A DNA stretch of 64,000 bases from a virus: IMG/VR virus record IMGVR_UViG_3300048625_000156, positions 30,808 to 94,807 of that record; one strand, 5' to 3'. The notes beneath the pieces were generated by a model. That model was given only the letters and a program-made list of their open reading frames with translations, made no database searches and was not told the DNA's origin. A program made the position numbers and the translations under genes. Shown piece after piece: positions 55,931-63,382 of the stretch. Position 1 is the stretch's first letter. Each line of letters begins with the position of its first letter.

Positions 55931-56131
55931 ATGAAAATCTCAAAGACTGCTCGCCAGAACTACATTCTTCTTGCCCTCGCTGGTATCTTCTTCTTGCTCG
56001 CTAAGGGTGGCGTTGATGACATTGCCAAGAATGGCGTTGAGGGCTTCGGTATCTTCTTCGTAATGATTGGTGGCTTGGCTATGGTTTGCTTCCTCATTGC
56101 CCTAATCGTTCGTATCTGGGACGCTGAGTAA
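55931..56131 (+). CDS. Two-TM membrane microprotein
   Basis: Own promoter, AAGGA SD, two hydrophobic helices. Confidence 0.8.
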   Translation: MKISKTARQNYILLALAGIFFLLAKGGVDDIAKNGVEGFGIFFVMIGGLAMVCFLIALIVRIWDAE

Positions 56132-56201
56132 ATGTCAGTGGTACTTGGTACACTTATCCTATTAGTACTCTTCATGTTGATAAACCAGTAAAGGAAAAAG
56201 A

Positions 56202-56324
56202 ATGTCAGTAGAACAGAAACTTAGAATGAAAGAACTTATGTGGATTGCTCGTGAGGGTGACTACATGAGCCAAGCAGAGTTTGATGAACTCTCTATGCTA
56301 ATCAAGATGAATGACTATAAGTAG
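56202..56324 (+). CDS. Microprotein, 40 aa (paralogue of 55519-55641)
   Basis: MSVEQKLRMKELMWIAREGDYMSQAEFDELSMLIKMNDYK. Confidence 0.75.
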   Translation: MSVEQKLRMKELMWIAREGDYMSQAEFDELSMLIKMNDYK

Positions 56325-56514
56325 TCTAATCACTTTTCTTGGGCGTGTCGCTTGACATTCCCTTGAAAAAGTGCCGACCAAAATTTTTGATCTTTGTCAA
56401 GCTTATTTTGGTAACAATTTCGTTATAATTATTTTCCCAAAACACCCCAAAATGTCCATAAAATGTCGTAGGTGCGTGTTAGTATATATACATAACAAAG
56501 AAATGAGAAATGAA

Positions 56515-56724
56515 ATGAACAACCTTCCAAAACTAATCGAAGCAAAAATTGACGCTTGGTCTTCTGTCTTCTCTGATGACGCTTCGTGTGTCAAGCGTGA
56601 TAATGACTACTACAACTCTCTAATCGCTAGTCAGTCAGAATACACTGATGAAGAAGTTTCTGCCTTTGCCAGCCAACTTTGGAATGGTGAAAAGACTAGG
56701 GCAGAACTTAGAATGTCTGCCTAA
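56515..56724 (+). CDS. Hypothetical early protein
   Basis: Start moved to MNNLPK, downstream of promoter 56464. Confidence 0.7.
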   Translation: MNNLPKLIEAKIDAWSSVFSDDASCVKRDNDYYNSLIASQSEYTDEEVSAFASQLWNGEKTRAELRMSA

Positions 56725-56778
56725 TCAATGTCAGTGGCTACTGATAAACTTATAACAACAAAAGAAATGAGAAATAAA

Positions 56779-56922
56779 ATGGAAAAACTAGTTTGTGTAT
56801 TTTGCGAAAACATCTATGAGGCAGGAACATTCGTCTGCCCTGAGTGTAACGAATACAAAGGAATGATGACTATCACTGACGCTTCTAAGGAGTATGACTT
56901 CTTAGAGTATCTAACCGAGTAA
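56779..56922 (+). CDS. Zinc-ribbon microprotein
   Basis: MEKLVCVFC...CPEC. Confidence 0.75.
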   Translation: MEKLVCVFCENIYEAGTFVCPECNEYKGMMTITDASKEYDFLEYLTE

Positions 56923-57094
56923 TCGGTGTGTCGGCTTGACAGCTGCCCCGAAATCTGGTCGGCAAATTTTTTGGCTTTTGTCAAGCTTTTTAGATAACAA
57001 TTTCGTTATAAAAACTTTTCAGTTTTACGGCGTGTCGGTTATAAAATGTCGGTGGGTGGGTGTATACTGATAGTATCAAAAGAAATGAGAAATA

Positions 57095-57253
57095 ATGTAT
57101 CCAGATAAAGACCTAACCCCTTGTGAAAAGTGTGGCTCGCTTGGCAAAGTTGTAGTAGACATTTGGAGCGTTCCGTTTTTTGCTCACAAAGTCCCTAGCA
57201 CTCGTATCGCAGGATACTTCACTTTTGTTAGCGAATGCGTTACCAAATCGTAA
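57095..57253 (+). CDS. Microprotein, 52 aa, CxxC
   Basis: MYPDKDLTPCEKCGSLG...; own promoter. Confidence 0.6.
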   Translation: MYPDKDLTPCEKCGSLGKVVVDIWSVPFFAHKVPSTRIAGYFTFVSECVTKS

Positions 57254-57336
57254 TAAAAAACTTTTCACGCTACGGCGTGTCGCAGGGTTAAATGTCAGAC
57301 CCCCCCTGTATAATAGAGGTATAACAACAAAACAGA

Positions 57337-57407
57337 GATACTGAATGAGCCTAGCAGGTGTGAGCCTCGCAAGAGCAAATAAAACCCCTAGCAAATAAGT
57401 CAGTATC
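57337..57407 (+). ncRNA. Rod-like leader RNA with two nested UGAGC/CAAAUAA internal loops
   Basis: GATACTGA/TCAGTATC outer stem; CTAG/CTAG; CTC-GCAA-GAG apical GNRA hairpin. Confidence 0.55.
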
Positions 57408-57433
57408 AACCCTAATAAAGAAAAGAGAAATAA

Positions 57434-57664
57434 ATGGAAATCGGAACCAAAATCAAGACTCACGACAACGGCTACTTTGGCAAGATTGTGTCGCTTGACC
57501 CTATCCGCTTGGGCGTAGTTGCTCAAATCAAGAACAACGTCTTTGGCAAGTCATACATTGCCCTTGCTGCTGAACTTGACGAAACTAGCGACAGCCCAAA
57601 GGGTTTCACTACTATCGTTGCTGAAAATGTTGAGGCACTTCAGGCTCGCTACGCAGTAGCCTAA
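57434..57664 (+). CDS. Hypothetical early protein (beta-rich)
   Basis: ORF downstream of promoter 57293. Confidence 0.8.
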   Translation: MEIGTKIKTHDNGYFGKIVSLDPIRLGVVAQIKNNVFGKSYIALAAELDETSDSPKGFTTIVAENVEALQARYAVA

Positions 57665-57682
57665 TGAGGATGAGGGGGGTAG

Positions 57683-57713
57683 TTATCCACAGCTACCCCC
57701 CAAGTTATCCACA
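57683..57713 (+). promoter_or_regulatory. Tandem perfect DnaA boxes
   Basis: TTATCCACA at 57683 and 57705. Confidence 0.7.
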
Positions 57714-57728
57714 GGGAGCCGACCAGGA

Positions 57729-57744
57729 TCGAACAAACGTTCGA
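57729..57744. promoter_or_regulatory. Actinobacterial LexA (SOS) box
   Basis: TCGAAC-AAAC-GTTCGA, a perfect match to TCGAAC-N4-GTTCGA. Confidence 0.75.
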
Positions 57745-57846
57745 ATGTAACAGTTTGGTAACATCGTTAAGAAACACCCCATAATCTCCCTAAAATGTCC
57801 TACCCCCCTGCTACAATAGAACTATCAACAAAGAAAGGGCAACTAA

Positions 57847-57978
57847 ATGCCAAAGTCACGATACACACTATTTGAATACACGATGAACGGTCAGCAGGTT
57901 GTTTCTGCTATCCACGTCTATGACCTTGGGTCATTCCTGCGTGAACACCCAGAGGCTAAGGTCAAGGTGACTAAGTGA
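57847..57978 (+). CDS. Microprotein, 43 aa
   Basis: MPKSRYTLFEYTMNGQQVV...; own promoter and SD. Confidence 0.7.
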   Translation: MPKSRYTLFEYTMNGQQVVSAIHVYDLGSFLREHPEAKVKVTK

Positions 57979-58103
57979 GAACTATTGAAATCGTTACCCC
58001 AGAGGGTAAAAGTCAAATCCTGGAATACACTGACGGCAACCTGAAATGGGCTAAGAAACTATTTGCTAACGGCTTTCTTCAGTCTTGGGAAATCTTAGAA
58101 TAG
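57975..58103 (+). CDS. Microprotein, 42 aa (GTG start, coupled)
   Basis: GTGA overlap; MRTIEIVTPEGKSQILEY... Confidence 0.65.
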   Translation: MRTIEIVTPEGKSQILEYTDGNLKWAKKLFANGFLQSWEILE

Positions 58104-58133
58104 TTATCCACAGGATGGCGAAAGTTATCCACA
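58104..58133 (+). promoter_or_regulatory. Tandem perfect DnaA boxes
   Basis: TTATCCACA at 58104 and 58125; reversed copies also at 54245 and 58896. Confidence 0.7.
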
Positions 58134-58272
58134 GGTGGTCGGCGGTTTTCGATCTGGATCAGGTTACGAGAGCATTAAAAAATCTCCCAGAAATTCCCAG
58201 AAAGTTACGGCGTGTCTCCCTATAATGTCGGTGGTTACCTGTATAATAGAACTATCAAACAAAGGACAGACA

Positions 58273-58461
58273 ATGAACGAAATGGAAATCAAACTCTACG
58301 ACCTAATGGCACAGGTTGAGGCTAACAAGGGTGGCGATAACGAACAGGCAATGGAAGACATTGGCAACATTCTCACCCTGCTAGAAGTTTTCCACTGGGA
58401 AGACTACAAGCGAATTGTAATCGCTAAATTCAATGTCCCTGCTGACCACTTCGAAGACTAA
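58273..58461 (+). CDS. Hypothetical early protein
   Basis: Start moved to MNEMEIK after AAAGGA SD. Confidence 0.75.
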   Translation: MNEMEIKLYDLMAQVEANKGGDNEQAMEDIGNILTLLEVFHWEDYKRIVIAKFNVPADHFED

Positions 58462-58510
58462 AATGTCGGTGGCTCAGGGTATAATAGAAACATCAACGAA
58501 AGGTAAACTA

Positions 58511-58675
58511 ATGGAATACGGAAAACTGGCAGAACTCGCAAAGATTGTTTTTGGCTATGAAACTATCGAACAGGCAGAAGTTGCTGTTGGCAAACTGCTT
58601 TACTCAGGGTCTAGCGACCAGCAAATCACTCGTCTTGCTGACTTGCTTATCGAAACCATCAAGGAGAATAACTAA
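58511..58675 (+). CDS. Hypothetical early protein
   Basis: Start moved to MEYGKL after AAAGG SD. Confidence 0.75.
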   Translation: MEYGKLAELAKIVFGYETIEQAEVAVGKLLYSGSSDQQITRLADLLIETIKENN

Positions 58676-58869
58676 TGATGACCCGAAAAGACTATGTTGA
58701 AACTGCTCGCATTCTAGCAGGTTTTAGAGAAGACTTGCTATCTATTGGCGATAAGGGTGAGCATATTTTCACTTGTCTAATCGCTGAGTTTGCTGAAATG
58801 TTTGAGAACGACAATGAGCGTTTTCAGGGAGACCGATTTGACGACGCTTGCTGGGAGGGTGGGGAGTAA
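58675..58869 (+). CDS. Hypothetical phage protein (MTRKDY...NERF...RFDDAC type)
   Basis: TAATG coupling, AAGGAG SD. Confidence 0.8.
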   Translation: MMTRKDYVETARILAGFREDLLSIGDKGEHIFTCLIAEFAEMFENDNERFQGDRFDDACWEGGE

Positions 58870-58969
58870 TCCCCTGCCCCCTGGGGTCGGCAGCCTGTGG
58901 ATAACTATTTATGAAGATCCATTTAAGATCCCCAGATTAAATGTCGGTGGCTTGATGTATAATAAGACT

Positions 58970-59140
58970 ATGAAGAAAAGAACTAAGCCAATAAACAATG
59001 TAAACGAAGCAACTCGCAAGGCTCACTCTGCCGAGTTATTTAAGAGTTTGCTACTCACTAAGCACACCGTTGTTGTTCCCGAACACCGCAAGGGAACAAG
59101 GCAGTCTAACATTCGTAAGGCTATCAACGAATCGCTATAA
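58970..59140 (+). CDS. Basic microprotein, leaderless
   Basis: ATG 6 nt after TATAAT; MKKRTKPINN...HRKGTRQSNIRKAINESL. Confidence 0.7.
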   Translation: MKKRTKPINNVNEATRKAHSAELFKSLLLTKHTVVVPEHRKGTRQSNIRKAINESL

Positions 59141-59189
59141 TGTCTGACCCCAATGCTATAATGGTATTACCCAGAAAGAAAGGAACACT

Positions 59190-59285
59190 ATGTTCGAAAA
59201 TGTAATCAACGAACAGGCTATTGCTGACCTTACCCCTGAAGAGGCAGCACAGATAATGGACATTCTAGAGAAAGCAGGATACTAA
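59190..59285 (+). CDS. Microprotein, 31 aa
   Basis: MFENVINEQAIADLTPEEAAQIMDILEKAGY; AAAGGA SD. Confidence 0.65.
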   Translation: MFENVINEQAIADLTPEEAAQIMDILEKAGY

Positions 59286-59503
59286 TGACAGGCTACGTTA
59301 CACGTCAGACTAAGGTTGCTGAGGTTACTCGCTGGAGCGAGGACTACTCAAGTGACATCGGAACAGTATGGTCTGCCGAAAACTTTTTCGGTTTCTACAA
59401 AACCAAGTTGAACGGTAAGACTAAATACTTCAAGGGTGAGATGGCTGAGATGGACATCGAACGCATGTTTCATGATGCTGGAGATTGGAATTGCAGGATT
59501 TGA
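59285..59503 (+). CDS. Hypothetical early protein
   Basis: TAATG coupling. Confidence 0.75.
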   Translation: MTGYVTRQTKVAEVTRWSEDYSSDIGTVWSAENFFGFYKTKLNGKTKYFKGEMAEMDIERMFHDAGDWNCRI

Positions 59504-59661
59504 TGGATGACAGATTCGAACGCCACTTCAATCACGATATTGTTATTGCTAAGTATACTGGTCTGGATGATAAACCAGTAAATTACTCAGTCGAATGTGA
59601 AGACTGCCACGAAGTCATCATTGACGATGAAGCCTTCTTTCAACTAACTACCCCATTCTAA
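59503..59661 (+). CDS. Zinc-binding microprotein, 52 aa
   Basis: MDDRFERHFNHDIVIAKY...VECEDCHEVIID; TGATG coupling. Confidence 0.7.
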   Translation: MDDRFERHFNHDIVIAKYTGLDDKPVNYSVECEDCHEVIIDDEAFFQLTTPF

Positions 59662-59671
59662 GGAACAAACC

Positions 59672-59794
59672 ATGGACGAACAAGCAGCAGAAATTATTGA
59701 AAACCTCAATGAGTACTACGCTAACCCTCAAGACTATTCACTTCAAGACTTGGAGGACATCTTCCAAGACCGTGACCCATTCGAATTCCTTTAG
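59672..59794 (+). CDS. Acidic microprotein, 40 aa
   Basis: MDEQAAEIIENLNEYYANPQDYSLQDLEDIFQDRDPFEFL; AAGGA SD. Confidence 0.65.
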   Translation: MDEQAAEIIENLNEYYANPQDYSLQDLEDIFQDRDPFEFL

Positions 59795-59912
59795 GGGGAT
59801 TCGGTGGGGAGCCGCCGACCAGATCGGCAGCTTTCAATTACGACACGCTTACGAAATCCCTTAAATGTCAGTGGTTGGATGTATAATAGAGTTATCAAAG
59901 AAAGTTGGACTA

Positions 59913-60632
59913 ATGACCCTGATTCGCTCTAAAGACCGTAAAGTTGCTAACCAAGTAAACAAGGCTGGCACTCAAGCAAGTATGGCTAACACTTTTGGAC
60001 TGCCTAGTGGCAAGGCGTTTAGTTGCCCTGGTGCTACTAGCGTATGCGAAACTATTTGCTATGCTGGCAAACTTGAAAAGGTGTTCAAGGGTGTTCGTAA
60101 TGTTTTGGTTTCAAACTATGAGCAACTACTCAATGCTGACTTTACTGGCAAGACTATGCTACTGGCAGAGATGATTCAGGATTTTGTTGCTGAATGCGAA
60201 AAGCGTAATGCCGAAAAGTTATTCCGTATCCACTGGGATGGCGACTTCTTCAATGAGGAATACACTAGGGCTTGGGCAGTAGTTATTCGTATGTTCCCCG
60301 ATGTTCAATTCTGGGCATACACTCGTTCAGACTTTGCTGTTCCAATGCTAATCAACATTCCTAACCTTGCTCTCTACTTCTCTGCTGATTCTGCTAACAA
60401 AACTCTTGCTTGGGAATTGAAGCGTAAGTATGGTGTGAAACTTGCTTATCTTGCTAAAGACTTTGCTACTGGCAAGTCTGACTTCAATGAGCAACAGGAT
60501 AAGTCTGCTGTACCCTGCCCTGAAAACAATCGCAAGTTGGCTATGATTAGCGAAAAGGGTAGTGCTTGTGTTACTTGCTCGCAGTGTGTGTTTGCTCGCA
60601 ATGACATTCTGTTTAGTGCTAGTAAAAAGTAG
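59913..60632 (+). CDS. GP88-like Cys-rich (Fe-S / radical-SAM-like) protein
   Basis: FGLPSG...CPGATSVCETICYA...FRIHWDGDF...FWAYTR...CPE...CVTCSQC; start moved to MTLIRS. Confidence 0.7.
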   Translation: MTLIRSKDRKVANQVNKAGTQASMANTFGLPSGKAFSCPGATSVCETICYAGKLEKVFKGVRNVLVSNYEQLLNADFTGKTMLLAEMIQDFVAECEKRNAEKLFRIHWDGDFFNEEYTRAWAVVIRMFPDVQFWAYTRSDFAVPMLINIPNLALYFSADSANKTLAWELKRKYGVKLAYLAKDFATGKSDFNEQQDKSAVPCPENNRKLAMISEKGSACVTCSQCVFARNDILFSASKK

Positions 60633-60820
60633 ATAGGCTGGCTACCCCGAAAGGGGAGCTGCCGACCACAGATCGATCCAAAAGTCAAATGTTACGATTG
60701 TGTTACGAAACCCCCTAATCACTATTAAATGTCGGTGGTAGCCTGTATAATGGAAACATACAGCAAGAGAGACACAGCAAGAAACAGAAAATAAAAAACT
60801 AAAAAAGTTTGAGAATGTGC

Positions 60821-60849
60821 TTGACTTTTCCCTCTCAACCCTGTATAAT
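60821..60849 (+). promoter_or_regulatory. Canonical SigA promoter
   Basis: TTGACT-17-TATAAT, in tandem after the TGTCGG-type promoter at 60730. Confidence 0.8.
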
Positions 60850-60921
60850 AGAAGTATCAGCAAAAATGTTGGTATAAATAACAAGAAGCAAAGTCCTAGA
60901 AATAGGCAGAAAGGTTCGATT

Positions 60922-61077
60922 ATGTCGAACATCACTATCCCATCTGTTGGCTCGCAGTTCACTACTCAGGCAAGCAAGGTATCTGGAACTGTTCAGGAAG
61001 TTGTAATGAACAAGTCTGGTTCTGCTCGTGTTCGTCTTGATGTAAATGGACAGCCTCGCTGGACAACCATCAAGTAA
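60922..61077 (+). CDS. Small SH3-like beta protein, 51 aa
   Basis: Start moved to MSNITIP after AAAGG SD. Confidence 0.75.
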   Translation: MSNITIPSVGSQFTTQASKVSGTVQEVVMNKSGSARVRLDVNGQPRWTTIK

Positions 61078-61091
61078 TCCACTAGGTGGTA

Positions 61092-61118
61092 ATCCTGAGC
61101 AAGATGAAAAACTGCTCA
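61092..61118 (+). ncRNA. Mini H-type pseudoknot, copy 1
   Basis: ATC-C-TGAGCA-A-GAT-GAAAAAC-TGCTCA. Confidence 0.55.
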
Positions 61119-61191
61119 CCACACCCCCTATAATAAATGTCTCACCCCCCTGCTATAATAGTAGGACAACCCCAAAAGAAAGAAGAACAAA

Positions 61192-61644
61192 ATGGCTCGT
61201 GCCGTATCCGTAAAAATCCCAACCGCTAAGGTCATTGAGTTGATTGAGCAGAAGATTGCCCAGATTGACCAAGATGTTGCCACCTACCCTGCTCGCAAGG
61301 CTAAGTATCAGGCAGACTACAAGGTATACACCGAAAAGGTTGTTGCCACTCTTGCTAAGTTGCTGAAACAAGATGGTTCTGCTCTTCTTGCCGAAGAGAA
61401 CACCGATAAGGGTATTCGTGTTAGCACCAACTACCGCAACGCAGTAGAAATCACCATTGGCAAGGAACTGCTGGACTTGGAAAAGCCAAAAGAGCCACAA
61501 GACCCAGAGCCAAAGGGCTACTACTCACACAACGCATACAGCACCAAGCGTGAAGAGTTGGAAAAGACCCTCCGTCTGCTTCGTATGACCGAACAGGAAA
61601 CTATCACCTCCTCAACCTACAACTCGGTTCTGGAACTGCTGTAA
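61192..61644 (+). CDS. Hypothetical coiled-coil early protein
   Basis: Own promoter; 150 aa. Confidence 0.8.
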   Translation: MARAVSVKIPTAKVIELIEQKIAQIDQDVATYPARKAKYQADYKVYTEKVVATLAKLLKQDGSALLAEENTDKGIRVSTNYRNAVEITIGKELLDLEKPKEPQDPEPKGYYSHNAYSTKREELEKTLRLLRMTEQETITSSTYNSVLELL

Positions 61645-61649
61645 AACCA

Positions 61650-61830
61650 TAGGCTTACGCCTAAACACCTAAGCAAGTGTCTAAAAGGCTTCCCCCATTG
61701 GGTAGAATGGTAATAGTTTGTCTGTTTGATAAAAGGATAAATAGACTTTGGCAGTAGCAAGTAAAAGGTGTTGAGGTAATACTGCTGAGTATAGACACAC
61801 CACACCTGAGCAAGTGTAGTAAAAGGCTCA
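61650..61830 (+). ncRNA. Structured non-coding tract containing pseudoknot copies 2 and 3
   Basis: Pseudoknots at 61665-61691 and 61802-61830; hairpins TAGGC/GCCTA, GTCTGTTT/AAATAGAC, ATACT/AGTAT. Confidence 0.55.
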
Positions 61831-61832
61831 CT

Positions 61833-61868
61833 AATCCCCTTGTGTAATAGCAGGGGGATTTTTCTTTA
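61833..61868 (+). terminator. Intrinsic terminator
   Basis: AATCCCCT...GGGGGATT followed by TTTCTTT. Confidence 0.7.
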
Positions 61869-61983
61869 CCCGAAAATCGGGTCGGCAGCTCTCAAGATCC
61901 GCTTTAAGAATGTGCCAGGAAATCCCTATAATGTCAGTGGTAGGCTGTATAATGGAACTACAACCCAAAGAAAAGGAAAACTA

Positions 61984-62196
61984 ATGTATACATTCCACAG
62001 CCGAAAGGCTTACATCTCGGCAGATGGTTCTTACTCTGCTAATGAGGATACTATCACTTTTGATACTGATGCCCTCACAAATGAGCAATGGGAGATTGTA
62101 GATGACCTTCCAGATTCTATGAAGATGGAATACGCTATCGCTATCCTTGATGGTGATGATGACTTTGTAAACGAAATCGAAAGCGAGTATAAGTAA
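61984..62196 (+). CDS. Acidic early protein
   Basis: Start moved to MYTFHS after AAGGA SD. Confidence 0.75.
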   Translation: MYTFHSRKAYISADGSYSANEDTITFDTDALTNEQWEIVDDLPDSMKMEYAIAILDGDDDFVNEIESEYK

Positions 62197-62513
62197 TGGG
62201 AGCACGAACAGTATTTGAGGTAAAAGACCGTAGTGGAAGCATTTTCCTTTATTCACATTGGGGAGGGGACACTAAGATTGAAGACGCTATTGACGCTCTC
62301 AAAAAGGCAGAGCCACGATGGCAGGATACTACCTATGGTATGCGTATCTTCATTAGCCAGATTGTTGGTGAAGCATGGAAAGATGAAACTGGCTATGGCA
62401 TTTCTGCTGGACATACCTTTGAGGAACAGTATGACCCAATGGTGATTGACTTTGAAACCAATACCGTTACTTATCTTGATGAGGACTTATCGTTCAGAGA
62501 GTTCATCAGTTAG
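62196..62513 (+). CDS. Hypothetical phage protein (MGAR...LYSHWGG type)
   Basis: TAATG coupling. Confidence 0.8.
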   Translation: MGARTVFEVKDRSGSIFLYSHWGGDTKIEDAIDALKKAEPRWQDTTYGMRIFISQIVGEAWKDETGYGISAGHTFEEQYDPMVIDFETNTVTYLDEDLSFREFIS

Positions 62514-62560
62514 ATGTCGTAGGGTGGCTGTATAATAGGACTAACAACGAAAGGAAAGCA

Positions 62561-62707
62561 ATGAGAGCATTTGAGATACTTACAGGCGAACTCGTTTTGG
62601 TTTATGCCGAAACCGAAGATGAAGCAATGGAGAAACTTGGTGAGGGTGAGTATGAGGAAATCGAAACCCTGTCAGAGGTTCAGAGAGAGTATGAGGTGGC
62701 TGAATGA
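62561..62707 (+). CDS. Acidic microprotein, 48 aa
   Basis: MRAFEILTGELVLVYAETEDEAMEKL...; own promoter and SD. Confidence 0.7.
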   Translation: MRAFEILTGELVLVYAETEDEAMEKLGEGEYEEIETLSEVQREYEVAE

Positions 62708-62889
62708 AAACCATTGACGAACTAATCGCATTCTGTAAAGAGAACATTGCTGAGTTAGATAGTTATGTGCTTGATAACGATAGTGATAGCGAATACTTTT
62801 CAGGCGTTCAATCTGCCTATGCTCAGGTTATCCTTTTCCTTACTGGTGAAGAGATAGAGGTTCCCCAAATCCCCTACCCAGAAATGTAG
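62704..62889 (+). CDS. Acidic microprotein
   Basis: ATGA coupling. Confidence 0.75.
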   Translation: MKTIDELIAFCKENIAELDSYVLDNDSDSEYFSGVQSAYAQVILFLTGEEIEVPQIPYPEM

Positions 62890-63016
62890 GGGTGCTGGGC
62901 TGCCGACCCAATTGTAACGATCAGGTTACGAAGCTTACGAAACGGTTCCCCAATCCCTATAATGTCAGTGGTCCACTGTATAATAGAGGTATCAACAAAA
63001 AGAAAAGGAAACCCCT

Positions 63017-63382
63017 ATGAGCCGTGAACGTGGAACCCTTGTCTACAAGATGGACGAGAACGCAACCCTAGCCCTTATCCGTAACAAACTTGGTAAGCCT
63101 GACGCTGACGTAAAGCCAGACATTATGGTTGTTGCTATTGGTAAGAATGGTCCTGCTACTATCTGCCGTGAGGGTGTAGGTTGGTGGGCTGACGCTAATG
63201 GTGGTATCCCTATCAACTTCTATTCTGGTAACTATGGCTCTGGTGGCTTTGTAGATGTTACCGCCGAAGAGTTGTCTGATGTAACTACTGACGAAACTAT
63301 GGACCTTGCTGACTTCATCAACGAGTTTGGCGACCGCCTAGAAACTAACTTCTACCTTTGGCAACAATACATCAAAGGTTAG
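63017..63382 (+). CDS. Hypothetical early protein
   Basis: Own promoter, AAGGA SD. Confidence 0.8.
   Translation: MSRERGTLVYKMDENATLALIRNKLGKPDADVKPDIMVVAIGKNGPATICREGVGWWADANGGIPINFYSGNYGSGGFVDVTAEELSDVTTDETMDLADFINEFGDRLETNFYLWQQYIKG

Noticed and set aside
61645-61868. tRNA or tmRNA
   Set aside because: No cloverleaf, T-loop GTTC motif or CCA end.
56371-61983. ORF-track starts at 56371, 56728, 58135, 58433, 58790, 59865, 60817 and 61840
   Set aside because: They start upstream of or inside the promoters (ATGTCRGTG reads as Met-Ser-Val); downstream ATGs with an SD, or the leaderless ATG at 58970, are more credible.
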